From assembly GCA_046563655.1 (NCBI GenBank), contig CM102286.1, forward strand, positions 13,950,001 to 14,014,000: a stretch of DNA of 64,000 nt. The letters run 5' to 3'. The translations under genes were made by a program, and so were the position numbers. A model generated the notes under the pieces. That model searched no databases, was not told where the DNA came from, and was given only the letters and a program-made list of their open reading frames with translations. Below are positions 14,701 through 28,670 of this stretch, piece after piece. Origin of the DNA: Yuukianura sp. NJ FZ-2021. Its lineage: Eukaryota. The number at the start of each line of letters is the position of its first letter. The stretch's first letter is position 1.

Positions 14701-17700
14701 TGGTTTCAAATATTGAGTTTTCCGTTTGAATCCAAATGTTAACTTTTGCTTTTAGTGAACTTAGTGAACTTTTAGTGATGCTGACTAACTGACTTTTGCT
14801 CTTTTTGAGTTCAAATGTTAACTTTTACTTTTTCGTTTTTTTTAAATGCACTTCCTGGATTTGGGGTTAGGTGAGGCTGGGCATGAGACGATCGTACCAG
14901 AGTCTAAATGTCAAGAAGTCTAACGATCCGGAACTTTTTAGAGCTGCAGTGACATTTAGTGCTTTGTGTTTTCCCTTTTACGTTTTTTTTTTTTGAAATT
15001 TAAAAGAATTGAACAAAAAAAGATGATAGAGAGACATTAATCGTCACGCTTGTGAGACTTTAATTACGGGAAGAAAAAATATACTTTTAGTTTTTTGGTA
15101 TTGCGTAAAACAGACACAGGAACGGCGAATTATTGCGTGATTGTAGGGCTACATTCATTTTTTGTACAGTTGACTCCACAACGCAACCTGTCTAACATAA
15201 CTTTTGAGGCTCTTCCGTTTTCTGTCACTTCCGATTTCATTCCCACGGTTTTTTAGTCAAACCTTTCATTTTTTGTGGAACTTTAATTAATTTTAATTGT
15301 AAGTCACAACGAAACGGATTAACACAAGAGAGCATTGGATTTATAGATTTTGAAGTGGAAGGAAGGAGAAGGTGGTGTTGTCACTTGTAATTTTGGAAAA
15401 AAATAAGTGGAAAAAACATAACTTTTTTTTTCAGTTTTCATTTTTTGTGTTATATGAGAATTGGGATGCTGACGAATGTAATAGAGAGCGTGGTTTAATT
15501 ATTTATGATGTTGGGGGAAAATGACGAGCATAAAACTTCAATCTCTGTGGTTTTTCAAAAAATTTCAAATTTTTGGGGTAACAATGACAAGTAGAGAGAA
15601 GCAGAAAAGAATTGTATTGTCGGGCGGAATAAACGAGTTTTTTTTTAAAAAAAGCAAAGTAGTAAAGTCATTGGACGTGGCATGAAAGTTGAAACTGTCA
15701 AAAAGTGGTCATTCCATGTCCATAACCTAAGTATGTGAGCTAATCCGCCTGTCAAATGAACTTAACGTTACTGTAGTAGCGAAAGATGATGATGACCTGT
15801 GAGAAATCAGACAGGGAGGAATTATGTGTGTCTGTCTGTCTCATAAATGTCAATGTTTTTGCCAAATTTTAAGTTTTTGAAAAAAAAAATGAACGAAGAG
15901 CGAAAAAAATTGGAATTGTTAAAAAGTTGGAGTTGTGTTAATGTAGTAAATTTTTGTTACGTGTAAAATCGACTCAATTTAATTTGGGTTTTTGGGCGTA
16001 CATGAGTGAAAAAGGAGGTTTTGAATTTCAATGTGAACAGGTTTGGAAGCTGTTTTTTTTTCTTTCTTTTTTTTCGAAATGTTAATTAACTGTGGTCAAT
16101 GAAATGAAGTGATTGAATTATGAAATACTGGTACAATTATTATCTTATATGCGTGCGTGATGTTGTGAATTTTTTTGAGGGCGGGAGTACCATTCAATTC
16201 ATGATGATGATGATGATGATTTTTGCACCGACAAGTTTAAGTTTCTAACAAAAAATTATTATTCTAACTCAATTTTTATAAAATGCTGCTACCGAGCATG
16301 TACTTTTTAAATGTTTTTTTAATTCTACAATTTTTTTTGTTTTAACAGGTCGTGGAACAGCGGAAAGGTTACATCCGTCGTGTTTCTAGCATTAGAACAA
16401 CGGAACTCCTCCCTCTGCAGCGATTACTTCGGAATCGTCCACTTCCGGAAACACTCCCTTCGCCCATTGAGCATGGGAATGACAGGGGACTTAAAGGGCT
16501 CTTCGACAATCTCCTTGTAATTGGAATCAGAAGGGACGAGAAAACTGGTGCTTATCATCCCATCATCAAGTACAAATTTCCACACTCGGTAACCCACTCA
16601 CACGCATTTACAAGGATTTCTTTAGTTATAAAAAAAATTATAAAGATTATGGTATTAATGGGCTGATGAAATGGAGGCATTACATGCAATGATGCAGTTT
16701 TAGATTAGAAAAAAAGTTATGCTGAAAGCTGAAGTGTGGTGGAAATTTGGAAAGTTGAAATTTTGATTTTTTTTTGGGGGGTTTTTACAGACCGTTTTAC
16801 CGGATGGGATTGAGCGATTTTGTTTTCCGGATTCCATGGAGTGGCCATGTCACGAAGGAACGACGGCCCAGTTCTATACGCTGACGGTTACGCAGAGTGA
16901 TGGATCGAGAAAGTACGGATGCTGCTATAGGATACTTCCGGATGGTGCCAATATTTGTATTCCGATTGCATACTGCATCATAACACAAACTCGTGCCATT
17001 GGGTTTTATCGTAAAGTGAGTGCAAATGGAAATCATTTTTGAATTTTTGAAAGTTTGTGTAAAGCGGAAAGTACTTTTGAATTTAAGTTTTGTGTTCTGG
17101 ATGGTCATTGTTGACTAAACTTTCTTTTTTGTGTTGATCTTTTAGGTGCTGCAAGTGCTGGCCTCAAGGCATGGCTATTGTGAAGCTCAAATGAATTTTA
17201 TGATTAATGAATTGTATGAAGAGGAAGTGCCGGATCCAGGGAAGAACTTGCTACTCAAAGATCCAACGGGCATGGTAGACACTACGAATTGTGTTGACTA
17301 CGACATGGCTATTCCGTTGATGATCCGGAGAAAAGCGGACGTTCGGCTGGAAAATAACGATCTCTACCTCTTACTTACCACACTTGATCTCTCTATTGCT
17401 TTGAAGCTATTTGGTTCTTTGCTGCTCGAAAGAAAAATTATACTTCTAAGCAAACATCTCAAGTAAGTTGGAAAAAAAATGGGAATTTTAAAATACATAC
17501 GGTAGAACCTCTCATTGCGCAACTTTTAGCTCCGCCTATCCTGATGCATTAGAACTTAATTTTGAGTTCATGTGTGAAGAAAACAGTACCCTTCAGGTGT
17601 ATAAGTAAATAGAGGAGTAAATCCGTTACCACTTTTTGGAGTTCCGGATTTCGGATTTTGATTCACAAATCCGGATTTCACAGTACACAGGATTTCCTAT

Positions 17701-18864
17701 AAGAGAATTGTGTATTTGAAATCCGAATTTGGAAGAATCCGCATCTGTCAAAAATTCGGATTTACACCCCTAAGCTGTACGCTACCCGCGAAACAATTTT
17801 TTTCAAACCAACCAATTAGAGCGAGTTGCGAAATGAGAGGTCCTACTGTAATTAGGCTTGGAGAAATTAAGAATTTTTGTTTTGTTTCAGTTTGGTGTCA
17901 CTTTGTGTGGAAGCTCTGGAGTCGATGTTGTATCCATTCAGTTGGCAACATACGTTTGTGCCAATCCTGCCGCTGAACATGACTGAGCTACTGGAACTGC
18001 CAGCACCCTTCGTCATTGGTGCACTTCGAAGTCAAGTGGTTCCATGGGACATCAAGTTGGATGAAGTAAGTGAAACTTGGAATTTTGAAAAAGTTTGATT
18101 TTTTGAAGTATGAAATGTAATTTTGGGTTTCTTTTTTCCAGGGAATTGTAGTGGATTTAGACCAGAAGAAAATTTTGAGTTGTGAGGGAGACGAAGGAAA
18201 CATTCTTCCGAAACGACTTTACCGAAAACTGCGTGAAGCTCTTCAGTCGGTGCTCAATTTAGTCGAACAAACAGAGAATACACGGAATGTTCTCATCAGT
18301 GAATGCTTTATTCGAATGTTCGTGGAAACTGTGGGACATCACAGGACAAGCGGAACATTTGAAAGTTGCTTCTTTCAAAATCCAGATGATACTATTCCGG
18401 AAATACGAGTATTCAAGGTAAGTTTTTTAAAAATACTTGCAAATCGGTTACCGGAAACTCCATGATTTGAAAAATGCTGGCAATTTTTTGTTTCATTTTT
18501 TTTTAGAAGGAAATGTTTCTGAAATCTGTAACTTCAAAATCGAATCGTGATTTCCTGGATTGGTTTACAGAAACGTCAATGTTTCAACAGTTCATTGAAT
18601 CCCGAAAACAACCTGATTTCAAACCAGGTAATTTTCGAAATTTTTCTTTCGCGCTATTAAAATTGAAAAATTCATTGTTTTGAAATTCAATTTCATTTTT
18701 CCTTAGGTTTGTTTGAACAACGTTGTATGGAACAGTCGGAGCAGAGCAAGGACTCCGGCTTCCACCAAAACAATAATGCTGGAACTGTGCCCTGGAAGCA
18801 TCCAAGTATCTTATCTAAAGGAACAGCATGGATCAAAGGAGCTTTTAACAAGGAGCGAGATTGA
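5764..18864 (+). CDS. DENN-domain Rab GEF, DENND2/ST5-like; long Ser/Pro-rich first exon (5764-7728), then exons at about 14193-14405, 16349-16588, 16791-17015, 17146-17462, 17891-18065, 18142-18417, 18508-18627, 18708-18864
   Basis: uDENN (FCFPDS, YTLTVTQSDGSRKYGCCYR), cDENN (FGSLLLERKIILLS, LYPFSWQHTFVPILP, PAPFVIG) and dDENN (ISECFIRMFVETVGH, WFTETSMFQQFI) motifs; phase-compatible GT-AG junctions. Confidence 0.88.
17500..17848. mobile_element. MITE (Tc1/mariner/pogo-type) in a DENND2-like intron
   Basis: Imperfect ~25-bp TIRs (CGGTAGAACCTCTCATTGCGCAACT ... AGTTGCGAAATGAGAGGTCCTACTG) flanked by TA on both sides; related element at 61407-61770. Confidence 0.7.
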
Positions 18865-19790
18865 GAACATTAAGGTTGTGAATCTTCCATGCTAATAGCT
18901 TGGCGTATGAAAAAGTCAAGCGTCGATTACTTACTGGATTAATTAATTAGTGTTGTTCATCCGTCCATTTGTCCCGCCTTGAAGGTGAGTTACACCTTAT
19001 CATGTGAGTGAAAAATTCTAAAAGTAATACTGTTACCTCGTAAATGTACCACCTCTTTAAGTAGTGTTAAAGTTTTAGACAATCTTGGTAAGATAAGTTG
19101 AAATGCAATTCAAGTTAAGTTGCAAGGCAATAATTAGAAAGTAATTTTAGTTAAATTAATTTGTTAAGTTGAATTAATTTCCAGTTCAATGCTCCGCCCC
19201 GGTTCAAAATGTATGGTCTGCCAGTAATTATAGCAATAACTTCAGAGAGCACGGGCAAAATGTTGCTCGTGTTGCCACTTTTTACAAAATTGAATCCAGT
19301 TGAAAAGGAAATTTTGGTTAGAATTTTTAGAAAAGTTAAGAAATTACAAAAGAGAAAGGAATCTTGAGACTGAATCCCATCTATTTTTACACTGTTGATG
19401 GTTAAAGCAATCTTCCCAGGCTATTTTAGACTACTGCACCTCCTACATCTACCCTTCTCATTCAGTCAGTGCTAAATTACTCTAATATTTCTGTCGTCTC
19501 GTCATATTTCTCTCAAGTTATTAGTAATTTATACAAAAACTGTTTCCGTTATATTAGTTTGAATTCGTAAAACAGAATCTCTGCACCTCTTTAATCAATT
19601 TCTAAGTAGTCTATACTTAATCTTTGACACTATGAATCGTTGGAAAACCGTTGTTTTAGGTAAAATCAGGAAGATAAAATAAATTATAAAAACTGAAGTT
19701 TTATGTGAACCATAACTTACGTAGGAAGCAAGTGTTAATTGATTGAAGTTAAGATTGACCAGGAAGTAATGATTGCTGGAGTTGAAGTTT

Positions 19791-21093
19791 TTAAAGTATT
19801 TTGTACTTCGTTGTGTAGACCAAGTAGCGACAGTCGTCAATCACGAAGCTGAAAAACCAAAGCGAGAGAAAAAACATTTAGGAGGCTTTGAAATTTGGGG
19901 AAGTGACCTTGACCTGGATGCTGATCTTACCTGTACCAAATTGGAGTAATGAAAGCAGTAGAGAAGTGCCAGAGGGCATGGGAGTCCAAGGCCCATAAAA
20001 TCGGAGGGAAGTCCAGTACTTCGAGGCTGATTGACGTTAAGGCAAGAAGTATAAACAAAGTACATTTCCAGACATGTGGATGTGACTTCCTACGTCCCCA
20101 GCACCAGGAGAGCCAGCATGTAGCATTCAGTATACCTGCAATTTTGTAAAATATTTGTTCACCTTGGATCTTGTATTTGGAATTTGCTACTCACCAACTG
20201 TAATGTTTGCCTTCATGTTGTATCCGTAGTCGAATTTTACAAAAGCCAAGTAGTAGATGTGATTGGCGAAGAAGGAAGATATGAGAGCACCAGGAATAAG
20301 TTTACTGATTAGACTGCTCTTGCCCTCAAACATTCTAAAAAATCATATCCTCAACATTGGTATTTCAAAATAGGTTTTATCGTTTTGAGTTTCAATTACC
20401 TAACGAAGGCTGCAAAGAACGAGAAGGTAACCATGGAGAAGGCCGAGAAGTAGTCCATGGCTTCCGTCATCGGAGTGTCGCGAGTGTGGAAGACAGTTGA
20501 CCAAATCCATCCATTGATACAAACCAAGGAGAAGAGATGCCAGAACCAATAGAGCGGGGAATCAGGGGGAATTTGTTTCCGAAGTGACCTAATACCATAG
20601 ACGTGGACGAGTAGATTGAGCAGAGATGCAAGGACGGATGCCGGTTCTTGGATTCCAGCCAGTCGTACAAACGGCCACTGTAAATTACAATGAACATTGC
20701 ATTCCTTGCATTGCTAAAAACTGAAAGTCAAACTTACTTTGCCAAAGAATTGAGGAATTGGTAGGTCGTAATTTTGAAACATGGCCACGGTTTCCCACAT
20801 ACAGGAATACTGACATTCACCTTCACAGTCCCATCCAAGCAAACGAAGTGACAGGGGTTGATGATTGTAATCTGAATGAAACAATATTGTAAGCAAGAGT
20901 TCAATTATTAATCAAACTTATGTAAAAGAAAAAGTAGTTTTCAGTTACCTGATCCAGTGCATTTTGTTTCTCGACAAGTCGTCATGCATCGATAAAACGT
21001 TATGTCTTTGTCTCCTCTGGACGAATCCACAACCGGTATCGAGAAATACGCTAAAACAATTATTGTAACTAAAAACCAGTGATTCGCCCTCAT
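19791..21093 (-). CDS. PGAP3: Post-GPI attachment to proteins factor 3 (Per1/PGAP3), multi-exon
   Basis: Signal peptide followed by SRGD...C..C...C, LLGWDCEGECQYSCMW, PQFFGKWPF, WSTVFHTRDT, EVLDFPPILWALDSHALWH, FVIDDC; these are Per1-family motifs. Confidence 0.92.
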
Positions 21094-21239
21094 CTTTCGT
21101 AAACTAAATCAACATTGAATTAAAATCTAAAACATTTTTAATCTATTAAAGTAAGTTAAGGATTTAGGAAGAACTGAAACTTCTTGGAAGAAATCACGGA
21201 CAAGGGACAAATACAGCACCCGCCAGGAGACAGCTGGAG

Positions 21240-22400
21240 AGGGATTCAATAGAGAATGGAAAAAAACCGAAACCAAACGCAAACCTCGAAAAACTCAAAC
21301 CAACCCAATCCTAAACTGAAGTTGAAGCTCGAATTCAATTGGAATCTTGGTTTCAGCTTCTCTCGGTTTGGGTTTGCAAGCTGAAACTTAGCCGATTGTC
21401 TCAAACTCATACGTCCTAGCAAAACCGAGATGGGGCGGGAGAAATTTTGAATTGCAATTTCAAATTGAAATTGTGTTTACCTAATCAGCTGACTTTTACA
21501 AAATTAAACTTTATAACTTTTTTGCATTCCATATCAAGTAAATTTGTTCCCATCTCACTGCTTTCAACTTTTCAGACAAGGAATAGGCACTGACCACTAA
21601 GGCGCTGACCTATTCCTTGCTTCATATGATGGATTCGATGAATTGTACCCGCCTTTTATGAATTTGTTTTTATTATAACGAATGTTATTAAGTTTCATTA
21701 CATTGGGTACCAGGCTAGGCGCAAGTACGTTAAATGTTTACTCGTGGGATCAGCCGGATGGTCAGAGCCATGAAAATGGTCAGCGCCTCCGGTGAGTCCC
21801 AATCATTTGACATAACGGGAGGAAACTTACGTAAGATATACACTTACTGTTAGCAGGAATCTAAGCGTAATGTTTAAATGTGATGATTAGGTGAATGCAG
21901 ATCTCATTTTAATTGTATAGTTATTCCCTCCACTGCATGATACTAGGAAGTTTCTCTATTCCGAACTGGGTCCCGACGTCGTTACTTTAATATCACAACC
22001 ACTGCACAATTAGTGTTGTTGGCGTATGGTTTTTTACTTTAAAACCTTAATCTTCTATTGGACTACTGCGCTGACCACTTATTATGGCGCTGACAGTAGT
22101 CACAAGGAGTAATAATTAGTAATTAGTAATGGCGAAGCAATGGGTAAACCAGTTCCAAGCCTGGTCTGGACCTGGATTGCAAAAGCTTAGTTTTGGCTAA
22201 CTTTAGCTTACTCCAAAAGTCTATTGAATAAGCCGATTCAATAGACCTCGAGTTTTCTCCTGTTTGGCTCGGTTTCCTCTCGCTTTCTGTTTGGTTTCGG
22301 GTTGGCTTGAGTAAAAATTTTTTGGATTGCATAGGTTTCAGCTTGCAATCCGGTTTGAAGACAAGCTCAAGCCAAACCATATTCTCTATTGAATTCGCCT
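21240..22400. mobile_element. Probable non-autonomous DNA transposon/MITE
   Basis: ATTCAATAGAGAAT at 21244-21257 is inverted at 22381-22394; both ends are rich in AAACC(G/A)A-type motifs; no TSD determined. Confidence 0.4.
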
Positions 22401-22844
22401 ACTGATTTCTAATAAAGTTTGTCAACACGGCTTAAAAAAGTTAAGCCCTGTTCACACTTCATCTTCAATTCGCGAAACGCCATACACTGAGGCGAATGTC
22501 GCAGAAAACAAATTCTGCTGGATTATTTTCAGAACAATGCCAAATAGAGAAATAGACTAAGAGAATTTTAATTAATTGTAAAATCACGAGTGGATAAGAG
22601 TACAAAATCATAAGTTTCACTAAATTACAACACGATTAACGACATTAGAGGCGACAAAGCGAATAATTAAAATTATTTCATTAGTTGACTTCCATCCATC
22701 CATCTTACGTTCGTTTTCCATTGGCTAGGAGAAACTTTACCATATTCATTAAAAATCACGATTGTGTGGAGTGTTTCATGGTTATTTCTTTGAAGTTGAT
22801 ACACCATTGATGGTAAATGACTAGTAAACTCCGATAGTATTGAC

Positions 22845-23713
22845 CTATCTGGAAAGATGCCTCTCTTGAGTCCTTCTGCGGTCACCAAAGAACGAGTTGG
22901 CCACAAACTCATCCCTCAGATTGCGAAATTCGACGAGAAAGTTATATTGCTGTGAGAATGAGGCTTAAGGTTAGAATAAATGCTGCAGATGGACGATTTT
23001 GTATTACATTACCTTCACGGTTTGAACAGCCCTTCTGTCCACGGTTCTTTTCATCAGAGCATAAACGTCAGTATACGACAAGGTATCGTTAGTGTGGAGT
23101 ATTATGGTCGCACCCACCAGACAAGATCGACCTAATCCATCGCGAGAACTAAAAAATAACAGCAATTCGAACTGATTAACAGGCGTTTCAATAAGTTCAA
23201 CAGTTTAGAGGAATGTCGTACATAATCAAGCATTTTTCTCCTGTTTCAACGATGGAAAAAATCACGCGAATAATCTCCATGAGCTCACTAATGGTAGGGA
23301 ACAGTCCGTATGGACAAGGGTAGTGATGAACTGCAAACTCCGATGAAAGGCTGTCAATGGTAACGCCAAACCGTTCCAGTTCTGCAGTTTCGCACAGCAC
23401 AACGATTTGGCTAATGTTGTTAGTTTTTAATACTCCTATAAAGTCAAAGAAAAAATTTATAAAACTTTAAATCAAAATCCTTTAGTCATTACAAAATAAA
23501 TTGTCATCACTGGCCTATGTCTTGCTCCAGATTTCTCTGGATAAAACGATGTTTACATCCCAGCAGTGCTCCAACCGCAATCGACTCTGGATATCCAACA
23601 TGACTCAAGTCCAGCCTAGAAGTATAAACGGATTAAATCAATTAAAGTAATCCACTTATTGACAATTAATGACGCATTTACCAATTAAGTTTGTAGGGCA
23701 AAGACGAATTCAT
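22845..23713 (-). CDS. CDKN3: Cyclin-dependent kinase inhibitor 3 (KAP/CDKN3)-like dual-specificity phosphatase fold, catalytic residues substituted
   Basis: Spliced translation LNWLDLSHVG...ALLGCKHRFIQRNLEQD...VLCETAELERFGV...HHYP...GLGRSCLV...AVQTVKQYNFLVEFR follows CDKN3 along its length; start codon tentative. Confidence 0.8.
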
Positions 23714-24262
23714 ACTGATCCCCTTGTCCTCAGGTGAGGCAACTGACTAGCCTCTTGCGCTTTACCACCCCAAGTTATTGCAATAATCAATCACCAACTA
23801 ATCATTACATGTACAAAAATATAGTAATTTAGTTAAATTAGATAAAAAACAAAACTAATTAATATAAAACATTATTTTTTGTAAGCATTGAAATTACAAA
23901 TTCAAAAGCTTTTGTAATCAAATTTTCCCTCCTCCCGGTTTTGGGATTTAAACTGGGGCACGCTGAGACTCCAGGTTCAAAATTTCGTAATTTACGATTT
24001 CAAATACTAATTAAAAATAAATTAAGATCATTCACCAATTTGAATTTCTTTGTCTAAAGTATTTATTGCCTAGGGCTTACAAAACGGTTGATATGTTGAC
24101 ATTGCAAAGTTACAACAAACTTTGTAACTTGCATGAATTTCAAATACCCCGCCCCACCACTTGTACTTACTTGTGTGGAATGCTCAAGCTGTAATTTTCG
24201 GAAGGAATGTAAATGTAACTGTAACAAGTCCATTAACGTGTTGGTGAAAACTTACGTTAAAA

Positions 24263-27200
24263 ATGGCGGACCTTATGGACATGCGATGGCTCGTCCGCGA
24301 CATTAATCAACGTGCGGTCGACGAAGTCAGAATCCAGCACATCTTTACTCCAGGATTACCCGACGAAATACGACGAGAGCGGATACGGCGACGAAAATTT
24401 GCACAAGCTGAGAGGTACAAAGGCGGTAAACTTCTAGAAATTTTGAAATGTTTGAACTTTTAAGTAGTTAGTATGAATCTACCCAATTTTCAGTCATATT
24501 CCATTCTACTTCCTGCTGGACATTGCTTACATCTGGTCCAGCTTCCTCTCAGTCGTAAGTTGTGCACTTAAGTTTTCAACATTCCAGAAAATTCAGGCAA
24601 ATTGCATATGAAATCGTTTTTACTATGGCAGGTCGTCGCTCTCATATATTTTTTGATGTTTCTGACGCTTTTGGGTTGGAAGCCTTCAATTGATTCCTTT
24701 GTTGTGCCACTTCACGCAGACGCGATTGCCCTCATGAATGCCCCACCTCCTACTTCAAGTTACGATGCTCCACCACTAGTGCCACCGACAGAAACTACTC
24801 CGACACCGCTTCCAAGAAATGAACATTTATATGAAAAGCTGATGCTGGAAGAAAAGGGCTACAACACGCACAATTGGGCTGCGTACTATCTCGTCCTTGG
24901 AGTCATTTTGTGTGGGATCAGCTGGTACAGCTACTTTGGTGCAGGGATTGTCGGTCGCCGTTATATTTACATCGTCGTAAGTTTCTTCTATGTAACTTTA
25001 ACTTAGTTAATTAATTAATCTAACTTTTGTTGTTTAAACAGTCGCTCTTTACTCACTTCGTCGTTCTCTTTGGTGAAGGCTATGCCGTTCTTTCCGCCTT
25101 CTCCAAGTTACCTAAAGCTTGTAACACCACGGAGTTTCGGGAACATATGATGAGTTACTTCATCTGGTACGGAATACTGTCACCACACATACTAAACCAT
25201 GGACATGAAGCCATGGTCAAGATGGACGCTGTACAAGGAGCTGTATGTCCACAACATTTTATGTTTTTACTTAAGTCCATGGCCAACAACCGAGAAATTT
25301 TCTTCAACCTACCCTAAATCCTCGCATATAGCGCGCGTAGTATCAGTGTGTTTTTTTTTTTCGTCCAAAAATCGTTTTCTGTAAACTACATCAATTTAAA
25401 ACGAAATAGGGATAAACCACAATCGTCATAAATTTCTGACCATGCGCAGTATGTGTGAGTGCGTGTTATAGACGAGGATTTCGGGTAATCCAATCAACAT
25501 AATTCCAAAAACGGTTGTTTTTGTTTAAATTCAGTTGGCCTGTTGTGGTGTTGACGGTTACAAGGACTACGAACACATTTTTGCCACTATAGGCGATCCA
25601 GCGTTCAACGATTCCTGGTATCCCACGGAAATTTTTCAAATGGAAGGTTATGGAACTTTTGACATTGAGTACTACAAAGAAAAAGGTCGGGAAATACGGC
25701 AAGTACCTCCTAGTTGCTGTACTCCATTTTGGCGCCCTAATGTGTACTGTGCCGAGGACCTTTTTACAATGGAACGAGAGTTGCCAAATAATACCATTGC
25801 AAAGGATCGGATCAATCCTCTCGTGAGTTTTTCAAAATTTGAGTTTCCCGGGTTCCAAATTTTGGCCAACTATGGATGGTGACTGATTTTTAGGGTTGTG
25901 TGGAAGCCGTTGGCCAAACATGTGACCGCATGGTTTACTTGTTGACGTATGGAATGCTAACAATTTTGTATTTTCGCGTCTTTCTGTGGCTGTTTAAACT
26001 TGTGCTGACTGGAGTTATTCTGCGATCGATGCACCTCATTATGACAACTCTATTTTCCGTTACGCGTGGAAACGCTCGGTTTGTCTACGACTACCGCCGA
26101 ACTCGTCCGGAAGAAGATCCATATAAAAAGGCCATCGGAGACTTTCGGCGTGGAGTTGTTCCGGAAGGCTGGGAAGAATTTGTAGAAAACCGGATCGAAG
26201 GAAGGAAAAAAGCGTTGCCGATTAGTGAACAGTTCACTGTTGGGCAATTGGCTGACAACGCTGCCCTTGAGGACAGATTGTACATGCACTTGATTCAAAA
26301 ATGGGTATGGATTTTCAAAATTAAAAAAAAAACTGCCTTTTTTTTTTTCGAAAAACTGATTTTTTAGAAAGGAGAGAAAGCACGTGCAGAAGGAAAAGAA
26401 ATTTATTTTGGCGTTGGTGTTGGAGAGGCATCGGACAAACGAGAGGCCGAGTTTCTGGAAGAACGTGGACATGGAAATAAGGAATTCCGGACAGCCGATA
26501 CGGCACTTTCCCGCTTAGCAACAATTGGAAATCGAATGCACAGGCCTGGTAAGACTAAGCTTATGCAAAGTTTAAAAAAAAAAACAAATTTTAAACGACA
26601 TTGTTTGTGCTAGACAAAACGTTTAGACGACCTCTAAAGCTTGCAAAAATGTCGCCAGAAAAGAGAGAAATTGAGAGACTCCGCCAATCTGCCACAGCAG
26701 AGCAACTGAAAAAAGAGCAAGAAGGAAGTTTTGCTGACGACGGTCAACCGATTGTGCCAATTCCGGAAGACGCGAGTGCCAGTCCACTGGACGTGTCACA
26801 GGAACCGGAATCTGAAGAACCTGAACAAGGAAAATGGAAAGAAAAGTTCAAAAAAGGTGTTCACTCTGTCATGGAAATTCTCGCTGAAAAAAAAGCTAGG
26901 GAGAACAAAATTGTAAGAACTTTTCAAAAAAAAAAATTCTTGTTAAATGATTCGGAATTTGTTCCAACTCTTTCTGTTTTGTAATTATCAAGCAACGTAT
27001 GCTGAAGAAACAAGAGCGAAAAGCCGAGAAGCGTGGACGAGCCAAGGACAAAGAAAAGGCAAAAGACAAAGAAAGAGCAAAAGACAAAGAAAAGGCAAAA
27101 GACAAAGAAAGGGCAAAAGACAAAGAAAAGGCAAAAGACAAAGACAAGTCCAAAGACAAAGACAAGCCCAAAGAGAAAGACAAACATAAGAAACGTCCAG

Positions 27201-28141
27201 CACATAGAACAGTATCCGGTCCAGTACAATTACCGGCGCCAATCAAACTACCAAAAAAGTTGCCGAAACTGCTGGAACTACCGTCGATACCTTCAATACC
27301 ATCGTTACCGGCACTTCCAGAGGAACCGAAACTGCTAAGAGGTGAAGAGAGGAAAAGAGGAAAAGATGAAGAACGCAAGGAACGAAAAGAACGAAAGCAG
27401 ACAAAGCCCGAAAAAGAAAAAGTTTCGGTTGATGACGCAAAGAAAAAAGTTGACGAAAAACAGGAAAAAGCTGACGAAAAACAGAGAAAAGTTGACGAAA
27501 AACGGAAAAAAGGAGATGAACAAGTTTCAAAATCTGCAGAAGACGTTCGGCCTAAAGAAAAAATCACACGCAAACGCAGAGACAAAACCGAACCTGCTCC
27601 CAAGGAAGCCGAACCGTCGAAACCGCCTACACCAAAACCGGAAGAAGCCCAACAAAAATCGGAAGTTGTCGAACCAAAGGTTGAAAAAGAGAAGAAAAAA
27701 CAGAAAACCGAGGCCATACCGAAACCTGTCGTTCCAAAACCGGAACGAGAACCGTCTCCTGAAGTTCCTACAACTGAAATACTGCCGCCGAAGAGGAAAC
27801 GTAGACGTAGAGAAGCTGCTGAAGGAGCGGCACGTGATACCACCAGTGCCACGACTCGACCACGAGAAAAGAAGTCACGACGCAAACGCACTACACGTCC
27901 AGCGTCACCTCCAACGCGTACTACCGTTTCACTGCCCATTATCAGATCAAAAGCCAGACAGGTAATGGGAAGCTCAAACTTTTACAAAATTTCTTATTTT
28001 TTTTTTTTTTTGAAATTTTGAAAAAAATTTTGTAAACTGTAGGAAAGGATTAAGCGAATCAAACCTGTGCCAATTGAAAAGCGAAAACCTTGGAATTACG
28101 GTGCACTAGGAAGTTCACACCCATCGCGTTACGTGATGTGA
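24263..28141 (+). CDS. Divergent tetraspanin-like membrane protein with a long Lys/Glu/Pro-rich C-terminal tail, multi-exon
   Basis: Hydrophobic TM segments, CCGVDGYKDY, VPPSCC and GC before the last TM (tetraspanin large-loop signature). The tail exons join in frame to TGA at 28139-28141; a single-gene model is inferred. Confidence 0.65.
27043..27185 (+). repeat. Coding 18-bp tandem repeat encoding (KDKEKA/KDKERA)n
   Basis: AAAGACAAAGAAAAGGCA-like units repeated, decaying into KDKDK. Confidence 0.85.
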
Positions 28142-28670
28142 ACGAGAGAAAACCAATTTTAAAACAAATTTTAAAAAAAAGTCTTAAAAAATAGTCAAAT
28201 GTGTCTCAAGTTGGTTTTTGGAGACACAAATTTTGTTAAGAAAGAAAAACTGCTTACACTGATAGGCTGTGATGACAAGTTTAATGCTGCAAAACTTATT
28301 CTTTATGGCGACTGCCAAACAGTTTCTCATAATCTCTAGTCTCCAAAACACCAACATCATGCCAAAAAATCAGATTTGCAGATTGATTTTCCCTTCTCTT
28401 GCGCCACTTCGCTTTTTTGAAAAATATTTTATGCCTTTTTTATTCTGCAACATGAAGTTTCAAGCTACAAAACTTTATTTCAGTTTCTTCCAAGAAAAAC
28501 CCGAAGTCAGAATAACTTCGATTTTCCTTGCGTCAAGTCAAGATTTCCGTCTTTTCAGGCATTCATCAAAGTTAAATTTGGTTCTGGTTTTTTGCAGCAT
28601 TCAATTCAATTGAAAAATTGAAATTTGAAAGCATTTTTCAAGTTCAGTGACAAATTTTCCTGATTTGACA

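Noticed and set aside
26896..27965. Long overlapping ORFs (347 aa minus strand, 207 aa alternative plus frame)
   Set aside because: Shadow frames of a purine-rich low-complexity exon that lacks stop codons.
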